This document shows positions 30,617-38,286 of a stretch of 64,000 bases of DNA, in pieces. Source of the DNA: Nitrospirota bacterium (GTDB lineage: Bacteria; Nitrospirota; Leptospirillia; Leptospirillales; Leptospirillaceae); NCBI GenBank assembly GCA_021816465.1, contig JAKAYF010000001.1:14341-78340 (forward strand). Direction: 5' to 3'. The notes under the pieces are model-generated. The model was not told where the DNA came from. It did not search any database and worked only from the letters and a program-made list of their open reading frames with translations. How positions within the stretch are numbered: the stretch's first letter is position 1; every line of letters begins with the position of its first letter. The translations under genes were made by a program, and so were the position numbers.

Positions 30617-31132
30617 GTGCAGTCAATTCCTTTTTCCGAACTTCAGTGTCAGGTCAAAAAGAGCCTTTCTGCCAGCATGAGGTCTGTTTTGCTGTGTTGT
30701 GCCCTCACCGGTTGGTTTGTCTGTGCGATTCTTTTGATGAAATCGAGCTTTTTTCTGTGTGCTTCTTCCAGTCTTGATCCTGTTGCGAAGCCTTCAGTCG
30801 GTGGATATGAATGGGTGGTTCAGGCCGGATCCGATTCCATTTTTCCGAGCTCAATGTTTCCCGGAGAGGCTGTCGCCTGTCTCCATGACTATCAGCCTGA
30901 TCAGCAGGGGGAAAGTCTTGAGTGCCATCATGATGACCCTCGTGTTCTGATCCCGGCACATCTCTTTCCGGAGATGATCGGGGAGGGAAGGGCGGACGTT
31001 CCGCTCTTGTCCCCGCTTGATCTTTTTTCCCGTGACCCAAGCTTTTTTGTTTCTTTTCGGCTTCCTTCCTGCACCCCTCCTCCCCGGGGAAATGATCAGT
31101 CTCTGATTCCTGGAACAGCCATATCCGGCTAG
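30617..31132 (+). CDS. Small exported Cys/His-motif protein with TPPPRG (DUF2946/CruR-like candidate, copy 2)
   Basis: Hydrophobic N-terminal segment; CLH..ECHH; PPPR near the C-terminus; start GTG 30617 or ATG 30677. Confidence 0.58.
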   Translation: MQSIPFSELQCQVKKSLSASMRSVLLCCALTGWFVCAILLMKSSFFLCASSSLDPVAKPSVGGYEWVVQAGSDSIFPSSMFPGEAVACLHDYQPDQQGESLECHHDDPRVLIPAHLFPEMIGEGRADVPLLSPLDLFSRDPSFFVSFRLPSCTPPPRGNDQSLIPGTAISG

Positions 31133-31164
31133 ATCGTTGATCATCATTTTGGAAGGGGTCTCTC

Positions 31165-32223
31165 ATGGAAAAACCCGGTCTGCTATTTTCTGGTACCACT
31201 TTTTACAGAAACCTCATGTTTTTTCTTTTTTTGATCGTTTTCGTTTCCGGCTATTCTCCGGAAAAGGCTCGCGCATGTGTGTTTTGCCTCGAGCATATGG
31301 GGATGGATGCCTCCATGTTCTGGACAAGCGACATCATGTTGTCTTTCCGGATGAATTATTCGGATATCTGGATTGCAGGCAGTCAGGTTCAGGCAGGGTA
31401 TTCACACATAGGCGGTTCCCAGGCACTTCTGACCCAGGAGAATACGCTTCAGGTGCTTGTGACGAAAAAGTGGATGGTTCAGGTGACAGAACCCTTTTAC
31501 TATCGCTGGAACTCGAATCCCCAGTCATCGTCGTCGAATAGCTTCACTCCAGGGCTTGGAAACAACAACTCGGGGTTTTTGGCGGTTCCCGGTGATCTGT
31601 GGATTGCGAACCTTCTCGATGTTTATGATCGCACGACCTTTTCCGGAACAACCCGTGTCGTTCTGGTCCAGGGTGTCCATTTCCCGACATCTCCGACAAG
31701 CCAGGCATTTAACAACCAGAATATCACCAGTACTCTGACGGGAGCCGGCGCCTATGAGCTGACATTCGGCATCGAAGCGATGCATACGTTTGCAAACGGC
31801 CGCTGGATGACGATCGGCGATGCGATCTACTCGTTCGAGCTTCCCAACAACCTGGGCACACAGCTTGGAAATACGCTCAATACAGATTATCAGGTCGAAT
31901 ACCGGCTCACTGGTCTTCACAGCAATCTCCCGGAAATATGGGTCAGCGCCGGGGACTACATCCAGTACAACGCTTCAAATATCCAGATCAATCCGTATGT
32001 GCAAAACGGAGTGCTTCAGCCTGCCGGTCCGATCCAGGGAACAGAAAATTTTCAGGATTCTGTCGGAATGGGTTTCCAGATCATGCCAAAATCCACGCCA
32101 AACCTGATGATCTTTGCCAATGCGGACAAGTTTGTCTACTGGAACCAGCCGGGGACGACTCCCCAGTCTCCGGCCCTCAATCCGGATTTCAAGGTCCTGA
32201 CCGGGTTCATGTGGATGTTCTGA
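31165..32223 (+). CDS. Putative outer-membrane beta-barrel with N-terminal CxxC
   Basis: Signal peptide ending ARA, mature start CVFCLEHMGM, amphipathic beta strands, C-terminal GFMWMF. Confidence 0.72.
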   Translation: MEKPGLLFSGTTFYRNLMFFLFLIVFVSGYSPEKARACVFCLEHMGMDASMFWTSDIMLSFRMNYSDIWIAGSQVQAGYSHIGGSQALLTQENTLQVLVTKKWMVQVTEPFYYRWNSNPQSSSSNSFTPGLGNNNSGFLAVPGDLWIANLLDVYDRTTFSGTTRVVLVQGVHFPTSPTSQAFNNQNITSTLTGAGAYELTFGIEAMHTFANGRWMTIGDAIYSFELPNNLGTQLGNTLNTDYQVEYRLTGLHSNLPEIWVSAGDYIQYNASNIQINPYVQNGVLQPAGPIQGTENFQDSVGMGFQIMPKSTPNLMIFANADKFVYWNQPGTTPQSPALNPDFKVLTGFMWMF

Positions 32224-32281
32224 TTCCAGTGGTCTTTTGAACAAAATATGAACAATCGTCCGATAACGAGAGGGTCTTTCG

Positions 32282-32974
32282 ATGGAATATCAAAAAAAAT
32301 GGTTCAGGATCGTTCTGTCATGTTTTGCCATTTTGACTGTCTGTTTTTTCTTCTCTCCTGACTTGCCGGCTTCTGCCGTTCCAATGAGTGGATCGATGGA
32401 GTCGGGAGAGGGCGCAAGTCCGGCAACGTCTCCGGAGCAAAGTGTTCTTTTCCCAAAGACGGGGTTTGTTCTCGAAGGGTTCGCCGGGAGTGATACCTCC
32501 CTGTCCGGATCTTATGGGACAACGTCCGGCGAGACCGTCCCCTATGATTTTGGCACGGCTCCGCTCTGGGGGGTGCGGATCGGGAAAATGCTTTTTCCGA
32601 CCCTGTTGGCCTACCTGACCGTCCAGCAAAGCGACTTTTCCCAAAATACGCATACGGTGATCGGATTGGGGGGGAACTACTACCTCCCATCCCTTTTGGG
32701 AGGCGCTGTTGTTCCTTATCTGAATGCAACCTTCGGGGCTTCTTACAACACCTATACGGGTGTCAACGCCCAGGCGGGGTATAGCTGGATGCTGGGAGCC
32801 GGAGCCCTTTATCCCATTACTCCGCTCTGGGGTGTTTTCCTTGAGGCGAATCTGTCTTTTGAAACAGCTCCCACCGGGATAACCACATCCATTGGGAGTC
32901 CTCCCGGGACGGTCTCCCGGGTGAGTGATACATGGTCTGTTCCGGTCATGATCGGTGTTCGTTACGCCTTTTGA
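32282..32974 (+). CDS. Small outer-membrane beta-barrel protein (OmpA/OmpW-like fold)
   Basis: Signal peptide; VVPYLNATFG, GAGALYPI; C-terminal GVRYAF. Confidence 0.78.
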   Translation: MEYQKKWFRIVLSCFAILTVCFFFSPDLPASAVPMSGSMESGEGASPATSPEQSVLFPKTGFVLEGFAGSDTSLSGSYGTTSGETVPYDFGTAPLWGVRIGKMLFPTLLAYLTVQQSDFSQNTHTVIGLGGNYYLPSLLGGAVVPYLNATFGASYNTYTGVNAQAGYSWMLGAGALYPITPLWGVFLEANLSFETAPTGITTSIGSPPGTVSRVSDTWSVPVMIGVRYAF

Positions 32975-33060
32975 TGATCCTATTTTCAGGAGAGTGGGGA
33001 AGAGACATTTTTGAGAAATCTCTTCCCCCAAGCTAAGATCTTCTCCTGTCGCGACCCCCT

Positions 33061-33090
33061 TTGCGAAGGGCATGCTTTTTCAGATATAAT
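33061..33090 (+). promoter_or_regulatory. Sigma70-type promoter for the quinone cluster
   Basis: TTGCGA-N18-TATAAT, ending 6 nt before ATG 33097. Confidence 0.5.
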
Positions 33091-33096
33091 CCGGCC

Positions 33097-33843
33097 ATGC
33101 CAAAAACATTCTCCCTGCCTAATCCCCAGGAAAAGCAAATAGTCGTTCAGAATATGTTCACGTCGGCGGCGAAGGCTTACGACCTGAACAACTCAGTGCT
33201 GTCTTTTGGCATGCACCATCTATGGAAAAGAATTGCGATTTCCATCCTGGATCCCAAACCCGGACAAACGGTTGTGGACCTTTGCGGAGGAACTGCCGAC
33301 CTTGGTCTTCTGGCCAAGGAAAAAGTTGGTTCCGAAGGAATTGTTGCCACCGTTGACCTGAATTATGCGATGCTCAGAATCGGCCTCGACAAGATTCGCT
33401 CCGATCCTAAAAGGTCGGGGATGGGTGCTGTTCAGTCCAATGCGGAGGGAATGGCCATCCGGACAGCATCGGTTGACCGCCTTGTTGTCGGCTTTGGTCT
33501 CAGGAACGTGACAAACCTTGATGTCGCACTGAAAGATATCTATCGGATATTGAAGCCGGGCGGACGGTTTGTGTGTCTCGAGTTTTCCACACCCGTCAAC
33601 CCCATATGGGATAAACTCTATCGCTTTTACTCATTTGCCATTTTGCCCCTGATCGGCCGCGTGGTCTCCGGGGATAAAACGGGCATATACGAATATTTGC
33701 CTGCTTCGATTGCAAGGTTTCCTGCGCAAGAGCGTTTCAAGGCCTTAATCGAGGTGGCAGGTTTTCGCAATGTTGCCTACCGAAACCTTTCCGGTGGGAT
33801 CGTTGCGATCCATTCCGGAGAAAAACCTCATGGTGACGTCTGA
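33097..33843 (+). CDS. ubiE: UbiE/MenG family quinone C-methyltransferase
   Basis: YDLNNSVLSFGMHHLWK, DLCGGTAD, FGLRNV, RILKPGG, YEYLPASI. Confidence 0.92.
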   Translation: MPKTFSLPNPQEKQIVVQNMFTSAAKAYDLNNSVLSFGMHHLWKRIAISILDPKPGQTVVDLCGGTADLGLLAKEKVGSEGIVATVDLNYAMLRIGLDKIRSDPKRSGMGAVQSNAEGMAIRTASVDRLVVGFGLRNVTNLDVALKDIYRILKPGGRFVCLEFSTPVNPIWDKLYRFYSFAILPLIGRVVSGDKTGIYEYLPASIARFPAQERFKALIEVAGFRNVAYRNLSGGIVAIHSGEKPHGDV

Positions 33844-35464
33844 TACGACCGGGAATTCATCCGGAGCGCTCCCCATCCTGGACCTGAATGCCCAGGATGA
33901 CCATCATGCCCCCCTTCCCCCAGCCGTTCTGAAAAGGGTCCTTTTCATATGGCTTCCTGTAAGTCCGATCTTCCCTGTTGGAATTGGTTATCTGGTGAAC
34001 TGGCTTCACCGGATGCATCCGGAAGTCGAAGTGGAAGTGCTGGATATGACCCAGATCGAGGAAAACCGCTACCAGGAGGCTCTTTTTTCTGCCATAGACC
34101 GCTTCAAGCCGGATCTTCTGGCCTATTCCTGGAGAGATGTCCAGATCTTTGCTCCTCATGAAGGGGATAACTCCCTTCGGAGAGCATTCGAGTTTTATTA
34201 TGCCCCGAAGATATCGACGCGGATTCGCGCTGCGATCGATGGTGTGCGGATGGTGTGGAAATATCGCACCGAGTTTCACCGGAAGCTTCGCCTGATCAGG
34301 TCTGGTGCCAAAAGGGCACCGAATGCGGTTGTGATGGTTGGCGGCGGTGCCTTTTCTGTCTTTGCCGAGCAGATCATCCCTCTTCTGCCTGAAGGGGTGA
34401 TCGGTGTTGTTGGTGAAGGGGAGGATGCCCTGATCAAGGTTGTTGAAGGCCGCTCCTGCGATGATGACAGGGTGATCTACAGGAAAAACGGCAAGACCGT
34501 ACGGGGAAAAAAAGAGGGGGCGGTCCAGATCAGGAGGGCGCCTTATGATCTTTCCTATGTCGAGAAAGTTTTTCCCGGCCATGAATTCTATCACCGGAGA
34601 ATGATTGGAATACAGACAAAAAGGGGGTGTCCATACGGATGCTCTTTTTGCCTTTATACCTATATCGAGGGCAAACGGGTTTTCTATCGGGATCCGGAAG
34701 ATGTTGTTTCAGAAATGCGCCAATATTATGAAAAATGGGGAATCCGGAACTTCTGGTTCGCCGATGCCCAGTTTATTCCCGGAGTGAAGGCCATCCCGGA
34801 GGCCCGGGCCCTGCTTGAGGCGATCAGGGACTCAGGGATGAAGATTACATGGAGCGGATATATCAGGACAAGCCTGATCTCCCCGGATCTGGCAAGCTTG
34901 ATGGTTGAATCGGGAATGGGCGACCTTGAGGTCTCCATCACATCGGGATCCCAGGAAATTCTGGACAGCCTTCGCATGGGGTTCAAGCTTTCAACCCTGA
35001 TCGAGGGATGCCGCAACCTTCAGGAGGCCGGCTACAAGGGAAATATCATCCTGAACTATTCACTCAATGCCCCGGGGGAAACCGAAGAGACCCTCCGTGA
35101 GGCAATCGATTCGTACCGGATGACCTGTCAGATCTTCGGCGAAGACAGGGTCTATCCGATGGTCTTCTTCCTGGCTGTCCAGCCCCATACCGCTTTTGAG
35201 AAGAAGTTGATTCGCGAAGGCTACCTTTCATCGGACTATGATCCGATCGATCTCAATCCGATGACGATCCGCAAGCTTCTCTATAATCCCGGAAAACTGG
35301 GAGCGCTTATCGCCCGGGCCTGCCTTGCAGCCTGGGACGAGGAGCCGATGAAAATAGGGCGCGCGGTCATGCGGGAGCTTGATGCCAGGTTGGGACCTTC
35401 TCCCCGTCCTCAATCACCGTCTTCCCCTCCAGTCCATCCGGTGGGGGTTCCGAGCCTGTCCTGA
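33830..35464 (+). CDS. Cobalamin-binding radical SAM protein resembling the cyanobacterial Slr0320-type family; probable quinone ring methylase
   Basis: PIFPVG, SWRDVQIFAP, QTKRGCPYGCSFCLYTYIEG, FWFADAQFIP; lies within ubiE-ubiC-ubiA. Confidence 0.82.
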   Translation: MVTSDTTGNSSGALPILDLNAQDDHHAPLPPAVLKRVLFIWLPVSPIFPVGIGYLVNWLHRMHPEVEVEVLDMTQIEENRYQEALFSAIDRFKPDLLAYSWRDVQIFAPHEGDNSLRRAFEFYYAPKISTRIRAAIDGVRMVWKYRTEFHRKLRLIRSGAKRAPNAVVMVGGGAFSVFAEQIIPLLPEGVIGVVGEGEDALIKVVEGRSCDDDRVIYRKNGKTVRGKKEGAVQIRRAPYDLSYVEKVFPGHEFYHRRMIGIQTKRGCPYGCSFCLYTYIEGKRVFYRDPEDVVSEMRQYYEKWGIRNFWFADAQFIPGVKAIPEARALLEAIRDSGMKITWSGYIRTSLISPDLASLMVESGMGDLEVSITSGSQEILDSLRMGFKLSTLIEGCRNLQEAGYKGNIILNYSLNAPGETEETLREAIDSYRMTCQIFGEDRVYPMVFFLAVQPHTAFEKKLIREGYLSSDYDPIDLNPMTIRKLLYNPGKLGALIARACLAAWDEEPMKIGRAVMRELDARLGPSPRPQSPSSPPVHPVGVPSLS

Positions 35465-35967
35465 TGACCGGGACGCCGGGGGATGGACGACAGCCTTCGC
35501 CAGATGGTGCGGATATCCCTTCGCTTCTGGAAGGGCTTCCAACCCTTCTGAAGATTTTCCTCGCCATGGATGGTTCCCTGACAAGGCTTCTGGCGTTGAC
35601 GGTCGGTGGGCCTGTGATGGCCCGGATGATCTCCGGCGAAGAGGGCGAACGTCGAGTTTTTCTCGGAACGAACCGTTATCCGGAACTGGTTTTGGCTTCC
35701 TCCTGTCCCGCCCCGGGAGGGGATCTCGCGAAGACCTGGGAGATTCTCTCCGACCCGCGTCCGATCGGGACGGCATTTGTCGAAAGGGGCGAGCCGATGA
35801 TTCGAGAAAGTCTTCTGTTCCAAAAAAGGGAAGGCACCCTGATTTCTCCTGACCCATGGAAGGGCCAATCCCTCTGGATGCGCTCTTATGTCCTTTCAAA
35901 CATGGCGGGTGTGCGCATTTCCATCAAGGAGATTTTTCTTCCGCAGCTCATGGATTTTCTCAGATGA
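35464..35967 (+). CDS. Chorismate pyruvate-lyase-like protein (UbiC/DUF98)
   Basis: DGSLTRLL, RRVFL, RPIG, R.Y...I.EIFLP. Confidence 0.78.
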   Translation: MTGTPGDGRQPSPDGADIPSLLEGLPTLLKIFLAMDGSLTRLLALTVGGPVMARMISGEEGERRVFLGTNRYPELVLASSCPAPGGDLAKTWEILSDPRPIGTAFVERGEPMIRESLLFQKREGTLISPDPWKGQSLWMRSYVLSNMAGVRISIKEIFLPQLMDFLR

Positions 35968-36857
35968 CATCTCTTGCTCCTCCCCTTTTTTCTCTCAGAT
36001 GGTTCTCAGTCGTTCTGGAGCTGATCCGGTTCGACCGACCCGCCGGAACGCTTCTTCTTTTCCTTCCGGGTTTCTGGTCTCTTCTCGCGTCGTGGAAAGG
36101 GGCTCCTCCCCCAGGGCTTTTGCTGATTTTTTTCCTGGGATCCTTCTTCATGCGCTCTGCGGGATGCGTCATCAATGATATCCTTGACCGGCATGTAGAT
36201 GGTCTGGTTGAAAGAACAAAGAATCGCCCGATCGTATCCGGAAGGATCTCTGTCGGTGCGGCGCTTGCGGTTTTTATCTTTTTCTGTCTCCTTTCAGCCT
36301 CCCTTCTGATGTTTTTGAATCCGCTGACAGTAAAGGTCGCCCTGGTCGGCCTCCTTGCCACAATCGTCTATCCCCTTTTCAAGAGGTTCTTTCCCGTTCC
36401 GCAGTTGTTTATGGGGATCCCTTTTGGGCTGCTGGCTCCGATCATGGCCTGGACCGCCTCCAGAAACGAGCTTTCATGGGCGGCTGTCTTTATTGGGCTG
36501 GCAGGGTTATTCTGGTCAACATCCTACGACTTGGTCTATGCGATCAGCGACCGGGACGACGACATCAGGGCCGGCGTTCGCTCTGGTGCGCTCACCTTCG
36601 GAGATCATTTGTGGGTGATGATCCTGTTCTTCGGCACTCTTTCCGGTGTTTTTCTTCTGATGGCATCTGTTCGTCTCGGGATTTTCAAGGCGCTTCCCTT
36701 TGCTATTTTCCTTTTTGTATTGCTGATTTTCTATCAGTCCTATAAGGTAAGGGAAGGATTGACTCCGGTTCATGCGCAGAAGCTCTTCAAGGCCCATGTC
36801 TATCTTGGTGTTATTGTGGCGATGGGCTTTCTGCTGGAATCACCGGTTCTCCTGTAA
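35964..36857 (+). CDS. ubiA: 4-hydroxybenzoate polyprenyltransferase
   Basis: RFDRPAG, RSAGCVINDILDRHVD...RT..RP, YDLVYAISDRDDD. Confidence 0.94.
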   Translation: MTSLAPPLFSLRWFSVVLELIRFDRPAGTLLLFLPGFWSLLASWKGAPPPGLLLIFFLGSFFMRSAGCVINDILDRHVDGLVERTKNRPIVSGRISVGAALAVFIFFCLLSASLLMFLNPLTVKVALVGLLATIVYPLFKRFFPVPQLFMGIPFGLLAPIMAWTASRNELSWAAVFIGLAGLFWSTSYDLVYAISDRDDDIRAGVRSGALTFGDHLWVMILFFGTLSGVFLLMASVRLGIFKALPFAIFLFVLLIFYQSYKVREGLTPVHAQKLFKAHVYLGVIVAMGFLLESPVLL

Positions 36858-36953
36858 CGGATCCCGGGGCGGGAGTTCTTTCTTGGTTAATGTATAATGA
36901 TGATCGGGATCGTTCATGCATTTCGTTTGAGACTCTTTAAGAAGGGGGAATTC

Positions 36954-37487
36954 ATGAGATCTATTTCTGTATCAAGAAGATGGCTTGGAGCCGCATTGGT
37001 GTTTGGATTTGTCTTTTTCCTTTCTCAGACCGGTGAATATCGTCCAGGAGCCGGATTGTCTCCGGAAGCGGCTCTGGCGCAAAGCGACAATGACGAGGGG
37101 AAGCCACTTAATGATCGCTATGACAGTGCGATCGCCCGGGCAGAGGCAAGGTACCATCAGGCGGTTGCCAATGCCAGAAAAGCTTACCTTGAAAGCAAGC
37201 GAAAGGCTGATGCCCAGTACGAGAGGGAGACTTCCGTTGCCAGTCGCCATGTGACAGGGACGATCAATGACATCAAGAACAAGCTTGCCGAAACGGGCGG
37301 ATCGATGGGTGAGCAGGTCACAACCTCGATCAAGGCCGCTGTCGCCCATTATGCCAAAACGATCTCAAGTGATTTCAGAAACCGTCAAAAAGCGGTCAAG
37401 AAAGCTGTTGATGCTTACGTGAAAGCATTGGGTGATGCAACCCAGACTTTTCAGAAGGATGTTCAAAAGGCCAATGGAAAGCTCTAG
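36954..37487 (+). CDS. Hypothetical secreted alpha-helical protein
   Basis: RBS GAAGGGGG; hydrophobic N-terminus, ALA site; A/K/Y-rich amphipathic helices. Confidence 0.7.
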   Translation: MRSISVSRRWLGAALVFGFVFFLSQTGEYRPGAGLSPEAALAQSDNDEGKPLNDRYDSAIARAEARYHQAVANARKAYLESKRKADAQYERETSVASRHVTGTINDIKNKLAETGGSMGEQVTTSIKAAVAHYAKTISSDFRNRQKAVKKAVDAYVKALGDATQTFQKDVQKANGKL

Positions 37488-37699
37488 GATCGTTGAGTCT
37501 TAAAAAACCGTTCATCCAGCTGCCTGTCGGGATGTGACGGGATGTTTCCAAGTTGTTCCGGAGTGTGGTAGTCTTTCACGGGTGACTGATTTCTTTCAGG
37601 AGGTCGTTCCTTTCCTGCGGGATCTCTTCAGCCGGGGCTCCATCGAATGCAGGGTGGGAGCCATTTTTAAATGTCTTTATACATAGAGGAGTTTTGACA

Positions 37700-37825
37700 A
37701 TGACAAGCCATGTTCTGACCGTTGGAAATTGGGGTGGTTTTGAGTGGGCGCTCCTTCTCGGAGTTGCCGGAGTTATCGTTCTTGGCTGGTATGCCGTTAT
37801 CAAGGCTATCTATTTTAACAGTTAA
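37700..37825 (+). CDS. Small 41-aa single-TM protein (absent from the ORF track)
   Basis: AGAGGAG RBS; MTSHVLTVGNWGGFEWALLLGVAGVIVLGWYAVIKAIYFNS. Confidence 0.6.
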   Translation: MTSHVLTVGNWGGFEWALLLGVAGVIVLGWYAVIKAIYFNS

Positions 37826-37858
37826 GGTGACCGATTCGGGGCTGGGCGAAGGTTCAAG

Positions 37859-38071
37859 ATGAATGTGTTCCAGAACATCCGGAAGATGTATGTGGACTCA
37901 AAGCCTGTTTTTTTTATGCTGGCAGGTGTCGTCTTGTTCTTTGCCCTCCTCCTTTTTTCGATGTTGTGGGGTATCCTGGGGCATGACTCCTTCAAATCCC
38001 ACACCACTGCTCCTGTAACAAGCCTCAATGGGGAAGCTCCTTCGAAAATCCTGTTCACCGGGACCTGCTGA
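37859..38071 (+). CDS. Small 70-aa single-TM protein
   Basis: One hydrophobic helix; GAAGG upstream; directly follows the 41-aa ORF. Confidence 0.5.
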   Translation: MNVFQNIRKMYVDSKPVFFMLAGVVLFFALLLFSMLWGILGHDSFKSHTTAPVTSLNGEAPSKILFTGTC

Positions 38072-38286
38072 AGCAATCATCCGAAAAAATCCGATCAGAA
38101 GAGTTTTGAAAAGGGCAGAATCTTCTCTTGTGTTGTATTTTCTCGTGCTTTTTCGGGTGTTCGATTGGAGAAGCTTCAACCTGTCCTGCGGGTCTTGCCG
38201 GAGACCTTCCTGTTGGGTGAAAATACGCTATGGGTCATGATGATAATGTCTCCTGAATCTCCCGAACGATAAAACAGAGGAATTTG

